A stretch of 64,000 nucleotides of DNA from an uncultured cyanobacterium (GTDB lineage Bacteria > Cyanobacteriota > Cyanobacteriia > Leptolyngbyales > Leptolyngbyaceae): the NCBI GenBank assembly GCA_963766075.1, contig CAVYAN010000026.1:1-64000 (forward strand), read 5' to 3'. A model generated the notes under the pieces. That model did no database searches. It had not been told where the DNA came from and worked only from the letters and a program-made list of their open reading frames with translations. A program made the translations under genes and the position numbers. Below, one piece after another: positions 9,589 to 19,664 of the stretch. Numbering within the stretch: position 1 is the first letter of the stretch; each line of letters opens with the position of its first letter.

Positions 9589-12500
9589 TTATCCCTGAAT
9601 TTCCCAAATGGCATTGGGCGCTGACGCAATGTCAATATCCACTGCGCGGGTAACACCATTCATCTGCCAGATTAGATTCTGGTTGCTGCTGTAATTCCGC
9701 CAAAGAATATCGGTTCGTCCGTCGCGGGTGTAGTCGCCAGTCCCCGCGATCCGCCAATTGAGGTCGCGCACATCTGGCAGAATCGAGGTTGTTACGCTGC
9801 CGCCAACGGGGCCAGTGATGGCATTACTCACATCCCAGAGAAGGTTGTCGCCGGTAATGCGGTTGCGCCACAGAATTTCTGCTCTACCATCGCCGTTGAA
9901 ATCATCCAACCGTTCCACCTTCCAGCCGACTCCGGCGAGAGGGGCTAGATCAACAACGCGATCGACACGGATACCATTCATTAACCATATCGATGTCGCA
10001 TTAGTGACGGTGTTATAGACGACAATATCGACTTGTCCATCACCGTTGAAGTCACTGGCTCCACCAAAGACCACATTGGTGTAGTCCAGAATCGGTTGAC
10101 CAGTTAGCACTGGATCGGCAATGCGTTGGGTGCCATTCATGTACCACACCACATTCAAGGGACTATCTTTACGTCGCCAGAGGATGTCGGCTTGGCCATC
10201 GTTGTTGAAATCATTGACATCAACAATTTGCCAAGCAAGGTCTGACACTGTGGGGAGAGCATTGGCCCCAATCACCCCGGAGCCATTCAGGAGCCAGATA
10301 TAGTTTTCACCGGTGCGGCGATTGCGCCAGAGCAGGTCGGAAAATCCGTCGCCGTTGAAGTCGTTGATCTGCTCAACGTTCCAGTCTAGGTCGGGGGCGG
10401 TGGGCAATTCTACGGCGCGATCCACCACCACACCGCTGCGATCATTGGTGAACCACAGGTAGTTTGCACCGGTGCTGGGGTTACGCCAAAAGATATCTTT
10501 GAAGCCGTCTCCATCGAAATCGGGAGCATCCTCAAAGTCATCGTTCAAAATGATGCCTGTGGCTGTGCCGGCTCCCGGTGCGATCGCGCTATTGGTGACA
10601 TTCCCCAGGGTGAGGAGGAAGCTCTCGTTCGCTTCTGGGCGGCGATCGCCTGCAACATTGACCACAACGGTTTTCGTCAGCTCTCCCGGCAGGAAGGTGA
10701 GGGTATCACTGAGCGCTGCGTAGTCGCCTGCGGTGGCACTGGCCGTGACATCCACCGTGCCATAGCCCACCGTTACCGTTTGGGTGCTGGCGACCGATAG
10801 CCCGACGGTGAAGGTATAAGGCGTCGGGCCTGTCCGGCCCTCTTTCCGGATGAGGGGGTTGGTCGCGGGATTGGAAATGCTGACGATGGGCTGGGGATTG
10901 ACCGCAATAGTCAGGGTGGTGGGTGCCGAGAGGTCGTTGCCACCGTTCAGGGTGCCGCCGCTATCGCGGGCTTGGATGATCACCGTGGCAATGCCGGGAG
11001 TAGTAACGGTGGCGGGCATGGCGGGCGTATAGGTCAGGGTGCCCGCTGCATTGACTGTGGGCAAGGTGAGGAACAAATCTGGACGACTCGTACTCACTAC
11101 GTACTGCACCAGGGTTTGGCTGGCCTCGTTAAAAGGACCCGGACTAAAGCCTGTTGCCCAATTGGCCAGGGTCTGGGTGGGGTCGCCGGCAGTAACCACT
11201 TGGCTGGTTGTGCCTGGGGTAAAACGGGGCGCGTCATTGACGGAGTTAACCGTGAGGGATACGGTGGCCGGGGTGGTGGCGAAGGCGGTGCCATCAGAGG
11301 CACTCCAGGTAAAGCTATCGGAGCCAAAGTAGTTGGGTGCGGGAGTAAAGGTCAAGGTGCTGATCGCCGCTGCCGTCAGGGTTTGATTAGGGGTGACGGC
11401 GGTATTGCCCAAACTGAGCCTACCGTTGGCCGGGAGGGTGAGGATTTGCAGGGCGGCAAGGGGGTTGTTGTCAATGTCGCTATAGCTGCGGGTAAAGTCG
11501 GTATCGGTAAAGGTGAGGCGGGTATCTTCGTTGAGGGTGAGGCTAACGACGCTCACCGTGGGCAGGTCGTTGACTGGTAGGACGGTGATGGTGGCCGTTT
11601 CTAGGGCGGTGCTAAAGGCTGTGCTGCCGCCGTTAGGGGTCGTGCTGGCGATCGCCCCATTCGTGCCACTGGTTTGATCCCAGGCTTGGAAGGTAAAGGT
11701 GGCTGGACCGTTATAGTTGGCCTGGGGCACAAAGCGCAGGCGGGTATCGGCATCGGCGGCCAGCAGGCGGGCGGTGGCCGGGGTCACGGTGCTGAGAGGG
11801 GTCCACGCACTGCCAGTGCTGAGGGAGAATTCCCAGGAGCCGTGGGTGGTGTCTACCTGAGTGATGGCGATGCCCTTCAGCGCATTGGTATCCACATCGG
11901 TGACGATGCTGCCCCCGGTGGGCCGGACTAGCAGGTTGCTGACTAAATCACCCGTCGGGGCTAGAGTATCTTCGGCGATCGCGGTCAAAATGGGCGTTCC
12001 GGACGTATCCAGAATGGGCGCATCATTAACAGCCTGGACCACGACATCAAAGCTCCGGACGGCGGACAGAGCACCGTCATTTACCGTCAGGGTCAGCGTG
12101 GCGGTGCCGGACTGGTTCGCGGCTGGCTTCACGGTAAGAGTGCGGAGACTGTCCGCACCGCCTAGGCTAATGCTGCTGGACGGCACCAGGGCCGTGTTAC
12201 TGGACACCGCAGTCAAGGTGAGGGCCGTGGCGGGGGTATCCACGTCGCTAAGGGTGATGAGCAGCGGCCCGGTGCTGCCATCCTCTAGAAGAGTTTGATT
12301 GGGGATGGCCGTCAGCGTGGGCGGATCATTCACGGCATTAACTTGGACATTAAAGCTGCGCAGGGTCGAGGTCGTACCATCGTTGACGGACAGGGTAATG
12401 TTGGCCGTGCCAAAGGCGTTGGCGGTGGGAGTGAGCAGGAGGGTGCGGGTGGCGCCTGTACCGCTGAGGCTGAGGCCAGCACCGGAATAGAGCGCGGGAT

Positions 12501-14634
12501 TGTCGCTGGCGGCGAATAGCGAGAGTGAATTCACGGGGGTTTCTACATCGCCCAGGGTAAAGACGATGGGTAGGGCCGTATCTTCATTAACGACTTGATT
12601 GGGAATGATTGGGGAGAGGGTGGGCGCATCATTCACCGCAGCAACGGCGACGGTGAAGCTGCGTAATGTGGTGCTGGTGCCATCGCTAACGGACAGGGTG
12701 ATCGTGGCAGTGCCAAAGGCATTGGCCGCCGGGGTGAGGGCGATCGCCCGATCACTCCCGGTGCCACTCAGGACAATGCTGCTATCCGGAATTAGGGCGG
12801 TGTTGCTGGAGGCGGCACTCAGCGTTAGGGCCGTCGCTGGCGTTTCCACATCGCTAACGGTAAAGCTGATGGGTCCCAAGGGCGTGTCCTCATCAATCAG
12901 TTGATTAGCAATGGGACTGACCGTGGGCGCATCGTTAACTGAGGTGACCCCAACCTGGAAGGTTTGCCGTGTGGTGTCCGTGCCATCACTCACGGACAGG
13001 GTAATGTTGGCGGTGCCGAAGGCGTTGGCGGCGGGGGTCAGGGTGAGCGTGCGGATAGCACCCGTGCCGCCCAAGGTAAGGTTCGTGGCGGGATACAGGG
13101 TAGCGTTGTCGGAAACGGCGCGCACACGCAGCGCATTGGGGGCTGTTTCCAAATCGCCGATGGTAAAGGTGAGGGGGAGGGGCGTGTCTTCAGGGATGGT
13201 CTGATTGGCGATCGCCGGAGTGATTGTCGGTACATCGTTCACCGGATTGACCACGACGTCAAAGGTCGTTGATGTGGTCAACGTGCCATCCGAAACGGTG
13301 AGGGTGATGATGGCGGTGCCGAATTCATTAGCGGCGGGAGCCAGCGTGACCGTGCGGGCATTGCCGCTACCGCCCAAGGTGATGCTGCCCGTGGGAAACA
13401 GAATGCTATCCGTGGCGGTGGCGGACAATACGAGGGCAGTCGCAGGGGTTTCGAGATCACCGATGCTCAGAGTCAAGGGCAGGGTGACACTATCTTCGTT
13501 CAGAGTTTGAGGGGCGATCGCGGCGATCGTGGGTGGATCGTTAATATCCACCACCGTGATCGCCGCTCCATCCAAGGCCAAACTAAAGGCACTCGCACCC
13601 CCGGCGGTGGTGGTGTCTGCCGTACCACCGTTGCTCCCTGCCGTCTGGTCCCACGCCCGGAACGTCAGCCCATCGGTCACCGTCCCACTGTAGTTCGGGT
13701 TAGGCTGGAAATAGAGTCGAGTATTACTGTCTGCTGCCAACAGGCGAGCCTCCGGAGGCGAAACCACCCCCAGGGTGGTCCATAGGGTGCCGCCATTGGT
13801 ACTGTAAAACCATTGCCCATTCGCCGTATTACTTCCAGTAATGGCAATTCCTGTCAGCGCGCCCACATCCGTATCCGTGACGTTCGCACCGGGGCCCGTC
13901 AGACGCACCAGTTGCCCAATCGGTGTGCCCACTGCCCCCACAGGCGCACCGGTATCTTCCACCACGGAAAGGAGGGAAACGACAGTATCCGTTAGGGTGG
14001 GAGCCAGCAGGACGCCATTATAGGCCGCTAGGGCATCCGCCCGAAACGCCAAAAAAGCTTCAATGGCTCCGGTCTGAAATTCTAAAGTCCAGTCGCCACC
14101 CGCTTGAGCACTGCCGGTTAAGTTTGTAGAGGCGGCTATATCGGCTCCGGTCATCTGGGCGATCTGCTGCACTAGTCCTTGCCCCGTAGCAGTTGCGGCG
14201 ACTTTGCAGCCATAGAAGAGAATATCGGCATCCGGCGTTAAGGCCGTGGCCCACGCTTGCAAGTCGCTGGCATAGAGGCCCAGGGTGTTGGTATTGAGGC
14301 GGGTGCTACCAATCTGGATGTTATCCTCAAAGCCGTGGGAGAGAATCTGGACGCTAGCGATACCCGTCCGACCCAACAGGGTTTGAGTGATTTGGGAGAT
14401 GGCATCCTGGAGTGGATCTAAAACATGTACTTCTGTGCCAACTGCTGTGGCCGCCAAGAGGCTTTGATAATCGCTGACAGTACTGTCAATGAACACCAAA
14501 GAACTGGAACGAGCCGACAGGTCCAGCGTTGCGGCGGAAACTGGAATCAGTGCCGACGCATCCAGAGCGGGTGCCAAACGACGATCCCCAAACAGGGTAA
14601 CGGATTGATTGAACTCCACGATCGCAACTCCCAT
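9589..14634 (-). CDS. Large surface protein/adhesin: DUF4347, tandem Ig/cadherin-like repeats, Calx-beta, FG-GAP/VCBS repeats
   Basis: N-terminal DADILFYGC...GADIAAS...GGDWTLE (DUF4347); repeated VNDAPT/NEDT/PAANxxG units; GDRRPEANESF (Calx-beta-like); C-terminal DFNGDGxxDILWRN repeats. Confidence 0.9.
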   Translation of the reverse strand: MGVAIVEFNQSVTLFGDRRLAPALDASALIPVSAATLDLSARSSSLVFIDSTVSDYQSLLAATAVGTEVHVLDPLQDAISQITQTLLGRTGIASVQILSHGFEDNIQIGSTRLNTNTLGLYASDLQAWATALTPDADILFYGCKVAATATGQGLVQQIAQMTGADIAASTNLTGSAQAGGDWTLEFQTGAIEAFLAFRADALAAYNGVLLAPTLTDTVVSLLSVVEDTGAPVGAVGTPIGQLVRLTGPGANVTDTDVGALTGIAITGSNTANGQWFYSTNGGTLWTTLGVVSPPEARLLAADSNTRLYFQPNPNYSGTVTDGLTFRAWDQTAGSNGGTADTTTAGGASAFSLALDGAAITVVDINDPPTIAAIAPQTLNEDSVTLPLTLSIGDLETPATALVLSATATDSILFPTGSITLGGSGNARTVTLAPAANEFGTAIITLTVSDGTLTTSTTFDVVVNPVNDVPTITPAIANQTIPEDTPLPLTFTIGDLETAPNALRVRAVSDNATLYPATNLTLGGTGAIRTLTLTPAANAFGTANITLSVSDGTDTTRQTFQVGVTSVNDAPTVSPIANQLIDEDTPLGPISFTVSDVETPATALTLSAASSNTALIPDSSIVLSGTGSDRAIALTPAANAFGTATITLSVSDGTSTTLRSFTVAVAAVNDAPTLSPIIPNQVVNEDTALPIVFTLGDVETPVNSLSLFAASDNPALYSGAGLSLSGTGATRTLLLTPTANAFGTANITLSVNDGTTSTLRSFNVQVNAVNDPPTLTAIPNQTLLEDGSTGPLLITLSDVDTPATALTLTAVSSNTALVPSSSISLGGADSLRTLTVKPAANQSGTATLTLTVNDGALSAVRSFDVVVQAVNDAPILDTSGTPILTAIAEDTLAPTGDLVSNLLVRPTGGSIVTDVDTNALKGIAITQVDTTHGSWEFSLSTGSAWTPLSTVTPATARLLAADADTRLRFVPQANYNGPATFTFQAWDQTSGTNGAIASTTPNGGSTAFSTALETATITVLPVNDLPTVSVVSLTLNEDTRLTFTDTDFTRSYSDIDNNPLAALQILTLPANGRLSLGNTAVTPNQTLTAAAISTLTFTPAPNYFGSDSFTWSASDGTAFATTPATVSLTVNSVNDAPRFTPGTTSQVVTAGDPTQTLANWATGFSPGPFNEASQTLVQYVVSTSRPDLFLTLPTVNAAGTLTYTPAMPATVTTPGIATVIIQARDSGGTLNGGNDLSAPTTLTIAVNPQPIVSISNPATNPLIRKEGRTGPTPYTFTVGLSVASTQTVTVGYGTVDVTASATAGDYAALSDTLTFLPGELTKTVVVNVAGDRRPEANESFLLTLGNVTNSAIAPGAGTATGIILNDDFEDAPDFDGDGFKDIFWRNPSTGANYLWFTNDRSGVVVDRAVELPTAPDLDWNVEQINDFNGDGFSDLLWRNRRTGENYIWLLNGSGVIGANALPTVSDLAWQIVDVNDFNNDGQADILWRRKDSPLNVVWYMNGTQRIADPVLTGQPILDYTNVVFGGASDFNGDGQVDIVVYNTVTNATSIWLMNGIRVDRVVDLAPLAGVGWKVERLDDFNGDGRAEILWRNRITGDNLLWDVSNAITGPVGGSVTTSILPDVRDLNWRIAGTGDYTRDGRTDILWRNYSSNQNLIWQMNGVTRAVDIDIASAPNAIWEIQG

Positions 14635-15045
14635 GTTGTACAGATGGAACGCACCGAACTCTTAAATTCAAGCGCAACAAAACCCTCATCAGTATAGAGA
14701 CGGATTCCGAGTTTGAAAGGAATTCTTGGGATAACCGCTCAAGGCAATGCTTAGCGGATTTATCCCGATATGGCCTCCGCAATTCGACGGACTTCCAGCA
14801 CAAAAACCCATCCCATGGTGGAGTGCATACGCACAAAGCGACTCCGAAGAATTACGGAAACAAAAACCCATTTGCCCGAGTTCTCAGCAAATTTACGCAA
14901 GCAAATTGACGCATTGGCCTCTGCATTGGCGCACGGTCCTCTTCGGAACAGCGTAATTCTCCGGATCAGGGCGAAATGGTCGAGAAAACTGGAAAGGTGA
15001 GGGACTTGCCCAAAAATAAAGTCCCCCCTACCGCCAGCGGTGGAT

Positions 15046-15152
15046 TTCGGCTCCGCTCAATCCAGAGGCTCGCTCAATCCACAGGCTCGCTCAATCCACA
15101 GGCCCGCTCAATCCACAGGCGAACCCATGGGGGCTGAGCGCAGTCGAAGCCC
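15046..15152. repeat. REP-like inverted element enclosing four copies of a 17-bp tandem repeat
   Basis: TTCGGCTCCGCTCA ... GCTGAGCGCAGTCGAAG arms flank (GCTCAATCCACAGGCTC)-like units x4. Confidence 0.7.
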
Positions 15153-15193
15153 ACTCTCCACCCGCGCCCATTGCAGACCGTTGATGAACATCT

Positions 15194-16405
15194 TTGATGA
15201 AAATATTATTCTTGCACCCTAATTTTCCAGCCCAATTTCGGCATTTGGCAACGGCGTTGGGCAAAAATTCCGACCACGAGGTTGTATTTGGCACCTTGCG
15301 ATCGGCAGGGCAGATTTCCGGCGTGCAAAAGGTCATTTACCAGCCCTCCCGCACACCGCATCCCCAAACCCATCACTACGTGCGATCGCTGGAAAGTGCT
15401 GTGCTCCAGGGACAGGCCGTCTATCGGTTCTGCCAACAGCTCAAAATCCAAGGCTTTGTCCCCGATATTGTCTATGGCCATTCCGGCTGGGGACCGGCAC
15501 TCTTTATCAAAGATATATTTCCCACCGCCAAACTGCTGTGCTATTTCGAGTGGTACTATCAGGCCCATGGTTCTGATGCCGATTTCGATCCGACGGATCC
15601 GCTGGATGCCGATGCAGAAACCCGCATTCGCCTGAAAAATGCCCCGATTTTGCTGGATTGGGCCAGTTGCGATCGCGGCCTCTGCCCGACGCTGTGGCAG
15701 CAGCAGCAATTTCCCCCGGAACTGCAAGTCAAACTGGATGTCCGCCATGATGGCATTGACACCAGTTTTTTTCGGCCTCAGCCCCAGGCCCAATTAGTTT
15801 TGCCTGCCCTCGATTTGAATTTGTCCGGAGTCAACGAAGTGATTACCTATGTGGCGCGCGGCATGGAACCCTATCGTGGCTTTCCTCAATTCATGCAAAT
15901 GGTGGAAAAGTTGCAAAAGCGCCGCCCCCAGTGTCATGTGGTGGTCGTGGGTGAGGATCGGGTGGCCTATGGCAAAGCCCGCGCCGACGGCAAAACCTAT
16001 AAACAATGGGCCTTAGAAACCCTGGATCTGGATCGATCGCGCCTCCATTTCACCGGGCTAATTCCCTACCATCAGTATTTGCAGGTGCTCCAGGCTTCCA
16101 CAGTGCATGTGTATTTGACCCGGCCCTTTGTGTTGTCCTGGTCGCTCCTGGAAGCGATGGCCAGCGGCTGCCTCGTGCTAGCGTCCGATACGGCCCCGGT
16201 GCGAGAAGTGATTCAGGAGGGTGAGAATGGATTGCTGGTGGACTTTTTTGACGTGGGCGGCCTGTGCGATCGCGTTGAGGAAGCGCTGGACTATCCCAAA
16301 CAGATGAGTATCCTACGGGCCCAGGCCCGCGCTACGATTCAACAGCGCTACGACCTCACGCAGCTTTTGCCCCAGCATTTGGACTGGATGATGGCAGGCC
16401 AGTAG
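15194..16405 (+). CDS. Glycosyltransferase family 4 (GT-B)
   Basis: LHPNFPAQFRHL, ARGMEPYRGFPQF and LSWSLLEAMASGC. Confidence 0.92.
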   Translation: MMKILFLHPNFPAQFRHLATALGKNSDHEVVFGTLRSAGQISGVQKVIYQPSRTPHPQTHHYVRSLESAVLQGQAVYRFCQQLKIQGFVPDIVYGHSGWGPALFIKDIFPTAKLLCYFEWYYQAHGSDADFDPTDPLDADAETRIRLKNAPILLDWASCDRGLCPTLWQQQQFPPELQVKLDVRHDGIDTSFFRPQPQAQLVLPALDLNLSGVNEVITYVARGMEPYRGFPQFMQMVEKLQKRRPQCHVVVVGEDRVAYGKARADGKTYKQWALETLDLDRSRLHFTGLIPYHQYLQVLQASTVHVYLTRPFVLSWSLLEAMASGCLVLASDTAPVREVIQEGENGLLVDFFDVGGLCDRVEEALDYPKQMSILRAQARATIQQRYDLTQLLPQHLDWMMAGQ

Positions 16406-17771
16406 GAATCCGGACAATGAAGGTGGTGCCTTGGTCGAGCTGACTGGTAACGGCAATGGTCCCGCCATGGCGCTCAACGCATTTTTGCACCACGGCTAAA
16501 CCCAGGCCACTCCCGGCCATCTCGGTGACGTTGTGGCCACGATAAAATGGCTCAAAAATCTGAGGGATGTCCTCTGGGGGGATGCCTTTGCCAACGTCCT
16601 GGATGTGAAAAACCAGCAGACCGGGTTGGCAATCCAGGTGAAATTCTACGGCGGTGTCTAGCGCGGAGTAGCGGAGGGCATTGGCCAATAAATTACTCAA
16701 AATGGCATAGAGCAATTTTTCGTCTAAATCAGCATAGTCACAGGAGCCATAGCGACTAAACTTCAGCGATCGCGATGAGGGAGCGAGGAGTTGCATGTCC
16801 TCCAACAAATTCAGACAAAATGCTTCTATATCCACTGGCTTGGGGGTGAACTCCAGAGTGCCAACTTCAGCGCGGGATAACGTGAGGATGTGATTGAGCA
16901 ATTGAATCATTAGCTTGGCGGCAGATTCAATCCGGTGGAGGCTTTTGCGGATTCGTTCCGGTGTCAAGGCCAGTTGGCTACTGCTTAGGAGCTGCGTCGA
17001 TCCCAAAATTACTGTCAACGGGGTACGAAATTCATGGGAAACCATGGCAAATAGCCGCAGTTGTAACTCATGCAGTTCTTGTTCCCGTCGTAAATTATCC
17101 TGCAAAATCTTGGCCTGCTGCTGTTTTTCGGACTGTCGCCCCAGCAGGACATAGATCACAACTAAAGTGGCAAAAATTGAACCGGTAATTAAGCCTTCAA
17201 TGAGCAGGCGATCGCGAATATTGGCTTGCGATCGCTGCAACCATTGCTGCAACAACTGCTCCTCCTGCCACTGCATTTCGGCAATCACAGCTTGAATCTG
17301 GTCCCGCAGTTGTAGACTTTCTTGCGTGATCATTGTCTGCTGCGGATCCTGCGGTGCCGGGGGCAGAACCCGCCGCTGCCGCTGTAGATCAATTGATTGG
17401 TCGAGTAAATCAATCCGCTGATTCAGCAAGGTTTCGAGTTTTACCATCCGCTGCATTTGCTGGGGCGCATCGGCAATATCCTGCCGCAGTATCTGCAGGG
17501 CGGGTTCCAGATCTTGGACGGCTTGCCGGTAGCGTCGCCATTCACTTTCATCTCCCAGGAACAAATAGCCTCGCCGTCCCGACTCCGCCACTGTCATCAA
17601 GCTAAAAATTTGCATCAAATCTTGAATGACAGTATAGGTTTGTTTTGATTTGTTGGTACTCTCAATAAGCTGGGCCGCATTTTGGTAGGACGTCACACTC
17701 ACCCAGCCCAGTACCAGCGCCGACAGCCCAAAGCCCAGCATTAATCCATGGCGTGCCGGGGACCGTTTCAT
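16356..17771 (-). CDS. CHASE3-type membrane sensor histidine kinase
   Basis: Two TM segments, AESGRRGYL (CHASE3), SHEFRTPL, NLLANALRY and GSGLGL. Its 3' end overlaps the convergent GT gene. Confidence 0.9.
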   Translation of the reverse strand: MKRSPARHGLMLGFGLSALVLGWVSVTSYQNAAQLIESTNKSKQTYTVIQDLMQIFSLMTVAESGRRGYLFLGDESEWRRYRQAVQDLEPALQILRQDIADAPQQMQRMVKLETLLNQRIDLLDQSIDLQRQRRVLPPAPQDPQQTMITQESLQLRDQIQAVIAEMQWQEEQLLQQWLQRSQANIRDRLLIEGLITGSIFATLVVIYVLLGRQSEKQQQAKILQDNLRREQELHELQLRLFAMVSHEFRTPLTVILGSTQLLSSSQLALTPERIRKSLHRIESAAKLMIQLLNHILTLSRAEVGTLEFTPKPVDIEAFCLNLLEDMQLLAPSSRSLKFSRYGSCDYADLDEKLLYAILSNLLANALRYSALDTAVEFHLDCQPGLLVFHIQDVGKGIPPEDIPQIFEPFYRGHNVTEMAGSGLGLAVVQKCVERHGGTIAVTSQLDQGTTFIVRIPTGLPSSSPNAGAKAA

Positions 17772-17829
17772 AATCAGAGTTCCGGGGACTGTTTCATAAC
17801 CAGAGGCCAAGGTTAAAGGATCTGAACGT

Positions 17830-18507
17830 ATGCGGATTTTGGTGGTCGAAGATGATGTGCAGTTGGCCGAGGTGCTGACCGAGGCCCTGACGGATCGCCA
17901 GTACGCTGTAGATGCGGTGCGCGATGGCGAAACTGCCTGGACCTGGTTTGAAATCGGTGCCTATGATTTGCTCGTCCTCGATGTGACCCTGCCGAAGTTA
18001 GATGGGATTAGTTTATGCCGCCGGCTCCGCGATCGCAACTACACCACGCCCATCCTGATGCTGACCGCCCGCGACACCGTAGCCGACAAAATTCGGGGCT
18101 TGGATGCCGGAGCCGATGACTACGTCGTTAAACCCTTCGATCTGCAAGAACTGCTGGCGCGGGTCCGGGCGCTGCTGCGGCGCGGCCCCTTGACGGCCAC
18201 CCCCGAACTCACCTGGGGCAATCTGCGGCTCAACCCCGGTACCTACGACGCCACCTATAACCAGCAACCGCTAACCCTCACCCCCAAAGAATACGCCCTT
18301 ATGGAACTCCTGACCACCAGCGGTCGCCGTGTCCTGAGCCGCGTGGGCATCATCGAACAAATCTGGAATCTCGACAATTCCCCCACGGAGGAAACAGTGA
18401 AATCCCACATTAAAAGCCTGCGGCAAAAGCTGCGCACCGCTGGGGCCCCGGAGGATTTCATCGAAACTGTCCACGGGATGGGGTATCGGATGAAGGGGGA
18501 AGGCTGA
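17830..18507 (+). CDS. OmpR-family response regulator
   Basis: LVVEDD, LLVLD, ADDYVVKPF and a winged-helix region ending IETVHGMGY. Confidence 0.95.
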   Translation: MRILVVEDDVQLAEVLTEALTDRQYAVDAVRDGETAWTWFEIGAYDLLVLDVTLPKLDGISLCRRLRDRNYTTPILMLTARDTVADKIRGLDAGADDYVVKPFDLQELLARVRALLRRGPLTATPELTWGNLRLNPGTYDATYNQQPLTLTPKEYALMELLTTSGRRVLSRVGIIEQIWNLDNSPTEETVKSHIKSLRQKLRTAGAPEDFIETVHGMGYRMKGEG

Positions 18508-18517
18508 AGCAGCGTTC

Positions 18518-18550
18518 TCTCCCCGATTTCTCCCCGATTTCTCCCCGATT
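18518..18550 (+). promoter_or_regulatory. Three 11-bp direct repeats (TCTCCCCGATT), candidate OmpR-family binding site
   Basis: Perfect 11-bp periodicity directly downstream of the response regulator gene. Confidence 0.45.
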
Positions 18551-18732
18551 TCTGCACGGGCGATCGCTATTGTAGGGTGTTACGTGAATTACTTTTCTGG
18601 GTGGAACTTTTGATGGGGAACGTATTGCGGGATTTTCTTCGTGAAAATTCAGGCCATTCGCTCCCTATTTTTATAAGTCCATTTCTAGACGTATCAACCC
18701 AGGCATGTTAGTCCCCAACACGTTAAGTCACG

Positions 18733-18873
18733 ATGTCGTCCCCAGTCGCAGTCGATTTAGCTGCCACGCAGCTTGCTCTAAAACATTGCTACAGTCTGTT
18801 CAAGCAAGGCGACTTGGACCATGAGGAATACATGACGCTGTTAAATTTGATTCTCCAGGTCTCTCTGTTTTAA
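18733..18873 (+). CDS. Putative 46-aa small protein (below the ORF-track cutoff)
   Basis: Hand translation: MSSPVAVDLAATQLALKHCYSLFKQGDLDHEEYMTLLNLILQVSLF. Confidence 0.4.
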   Translation: MSSPVAVDLAATQLALKHCYSLFKQGDLDHEEYMTLLNLILQVSLF

Positions 18874-19032
18874 GGCGTAAATTCTAGGTGTGGCTGGGGG
18901 CGGGCAATCCCGAACCGCTATAATGCTGGGAAAAATGGAAATGCTGGAGAAAACGGAGGTTTTTCTGAACGCAGCGCGGCCATCGGATGTTAAATCTGGC
19001 TTGATCCAATCCCTATAGTGGTGCCATCCCGT

Positions 19033-19527
19033 ATGTTCTCCTTCCTGTCGCCTCGTCTCCTCATTTTCTATGTCACCTCTATCGGCGTAGTCGTGGCCCT
19101 ATTTAGTATCACCACTGCTTACGGTGAGGCCAATCTTAAGGCACAGGAGCCCGTTAATGGACGGTACACGATCGCCAAAGCCGATTTGCCGCCCTGTTTG
19201 CACCCCCAGCTATCAGACCCTGCGGTGTTAGCCATTCAACAGTCAGGGCGCTATGTGACAGCAGCCTTGCTGTCCACGGAAAGCTCGGCCCAGCAGCGAA
19301 AAACCGCTGAGCAGCATCCCACGTGGAGTGGGCGTTGGCGCGATCGCCACCTGACTTTAATGGGCCAGGTCAACGGGTGCCTCCCGAACCTGAAAGTAGA
19401 CGGTCAACTGCAACCCGGCCAGCCACCGAGCCGCTTTGTCCTCCAGGGTACCGTGCAACTGGGGACAGAAACCTGGCCACTGCGGGCCGAGCGTTTGACC
19501 GAAACGGCCCCAGAACCCACGCATTAG
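19033..19527 (+). CDS. Hypothetical membrane-anchored protein
   Basis: N-terminal TM segment, YGEANLKA and IQQSGRYV motifs. Confidence 0.65.
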   Translation: MFSFLSPRLLIFYVTSIGVVVALFSITTAYGEANLKAQEPVNGRYTIAKADLPPCLHPQLSDPAVLAIQQSGRYVTAALLSTESSAQQRKTAEQHPTWSGRWRDRHLTLMGQVNGCLPNLKVDGQLQPGQPPSRFVLQGTVQLGTETWPLRAERLTETAPEPTH

Positions 19528-19664
19528 GAGACTTCTGGTAAAAAATATACTAAAACCGCAGGGTGGCAAAGGACCTCGCCCGTGCCCACCGTTGGCGCTG
19601 GCGAGGCTCTCAGCAGATGGGCACGCCCAGCTTTGCCCATCCCACGTTTCACTGCAACTCCTCC

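Noticed and set aside
9758..14129. Many antisense ORFs over the adhesin, and similar ones over groEL, recJ and glnT
   Set aside because: Typical antisense shadows of long GC-rich coding regions, with no independent motifs.
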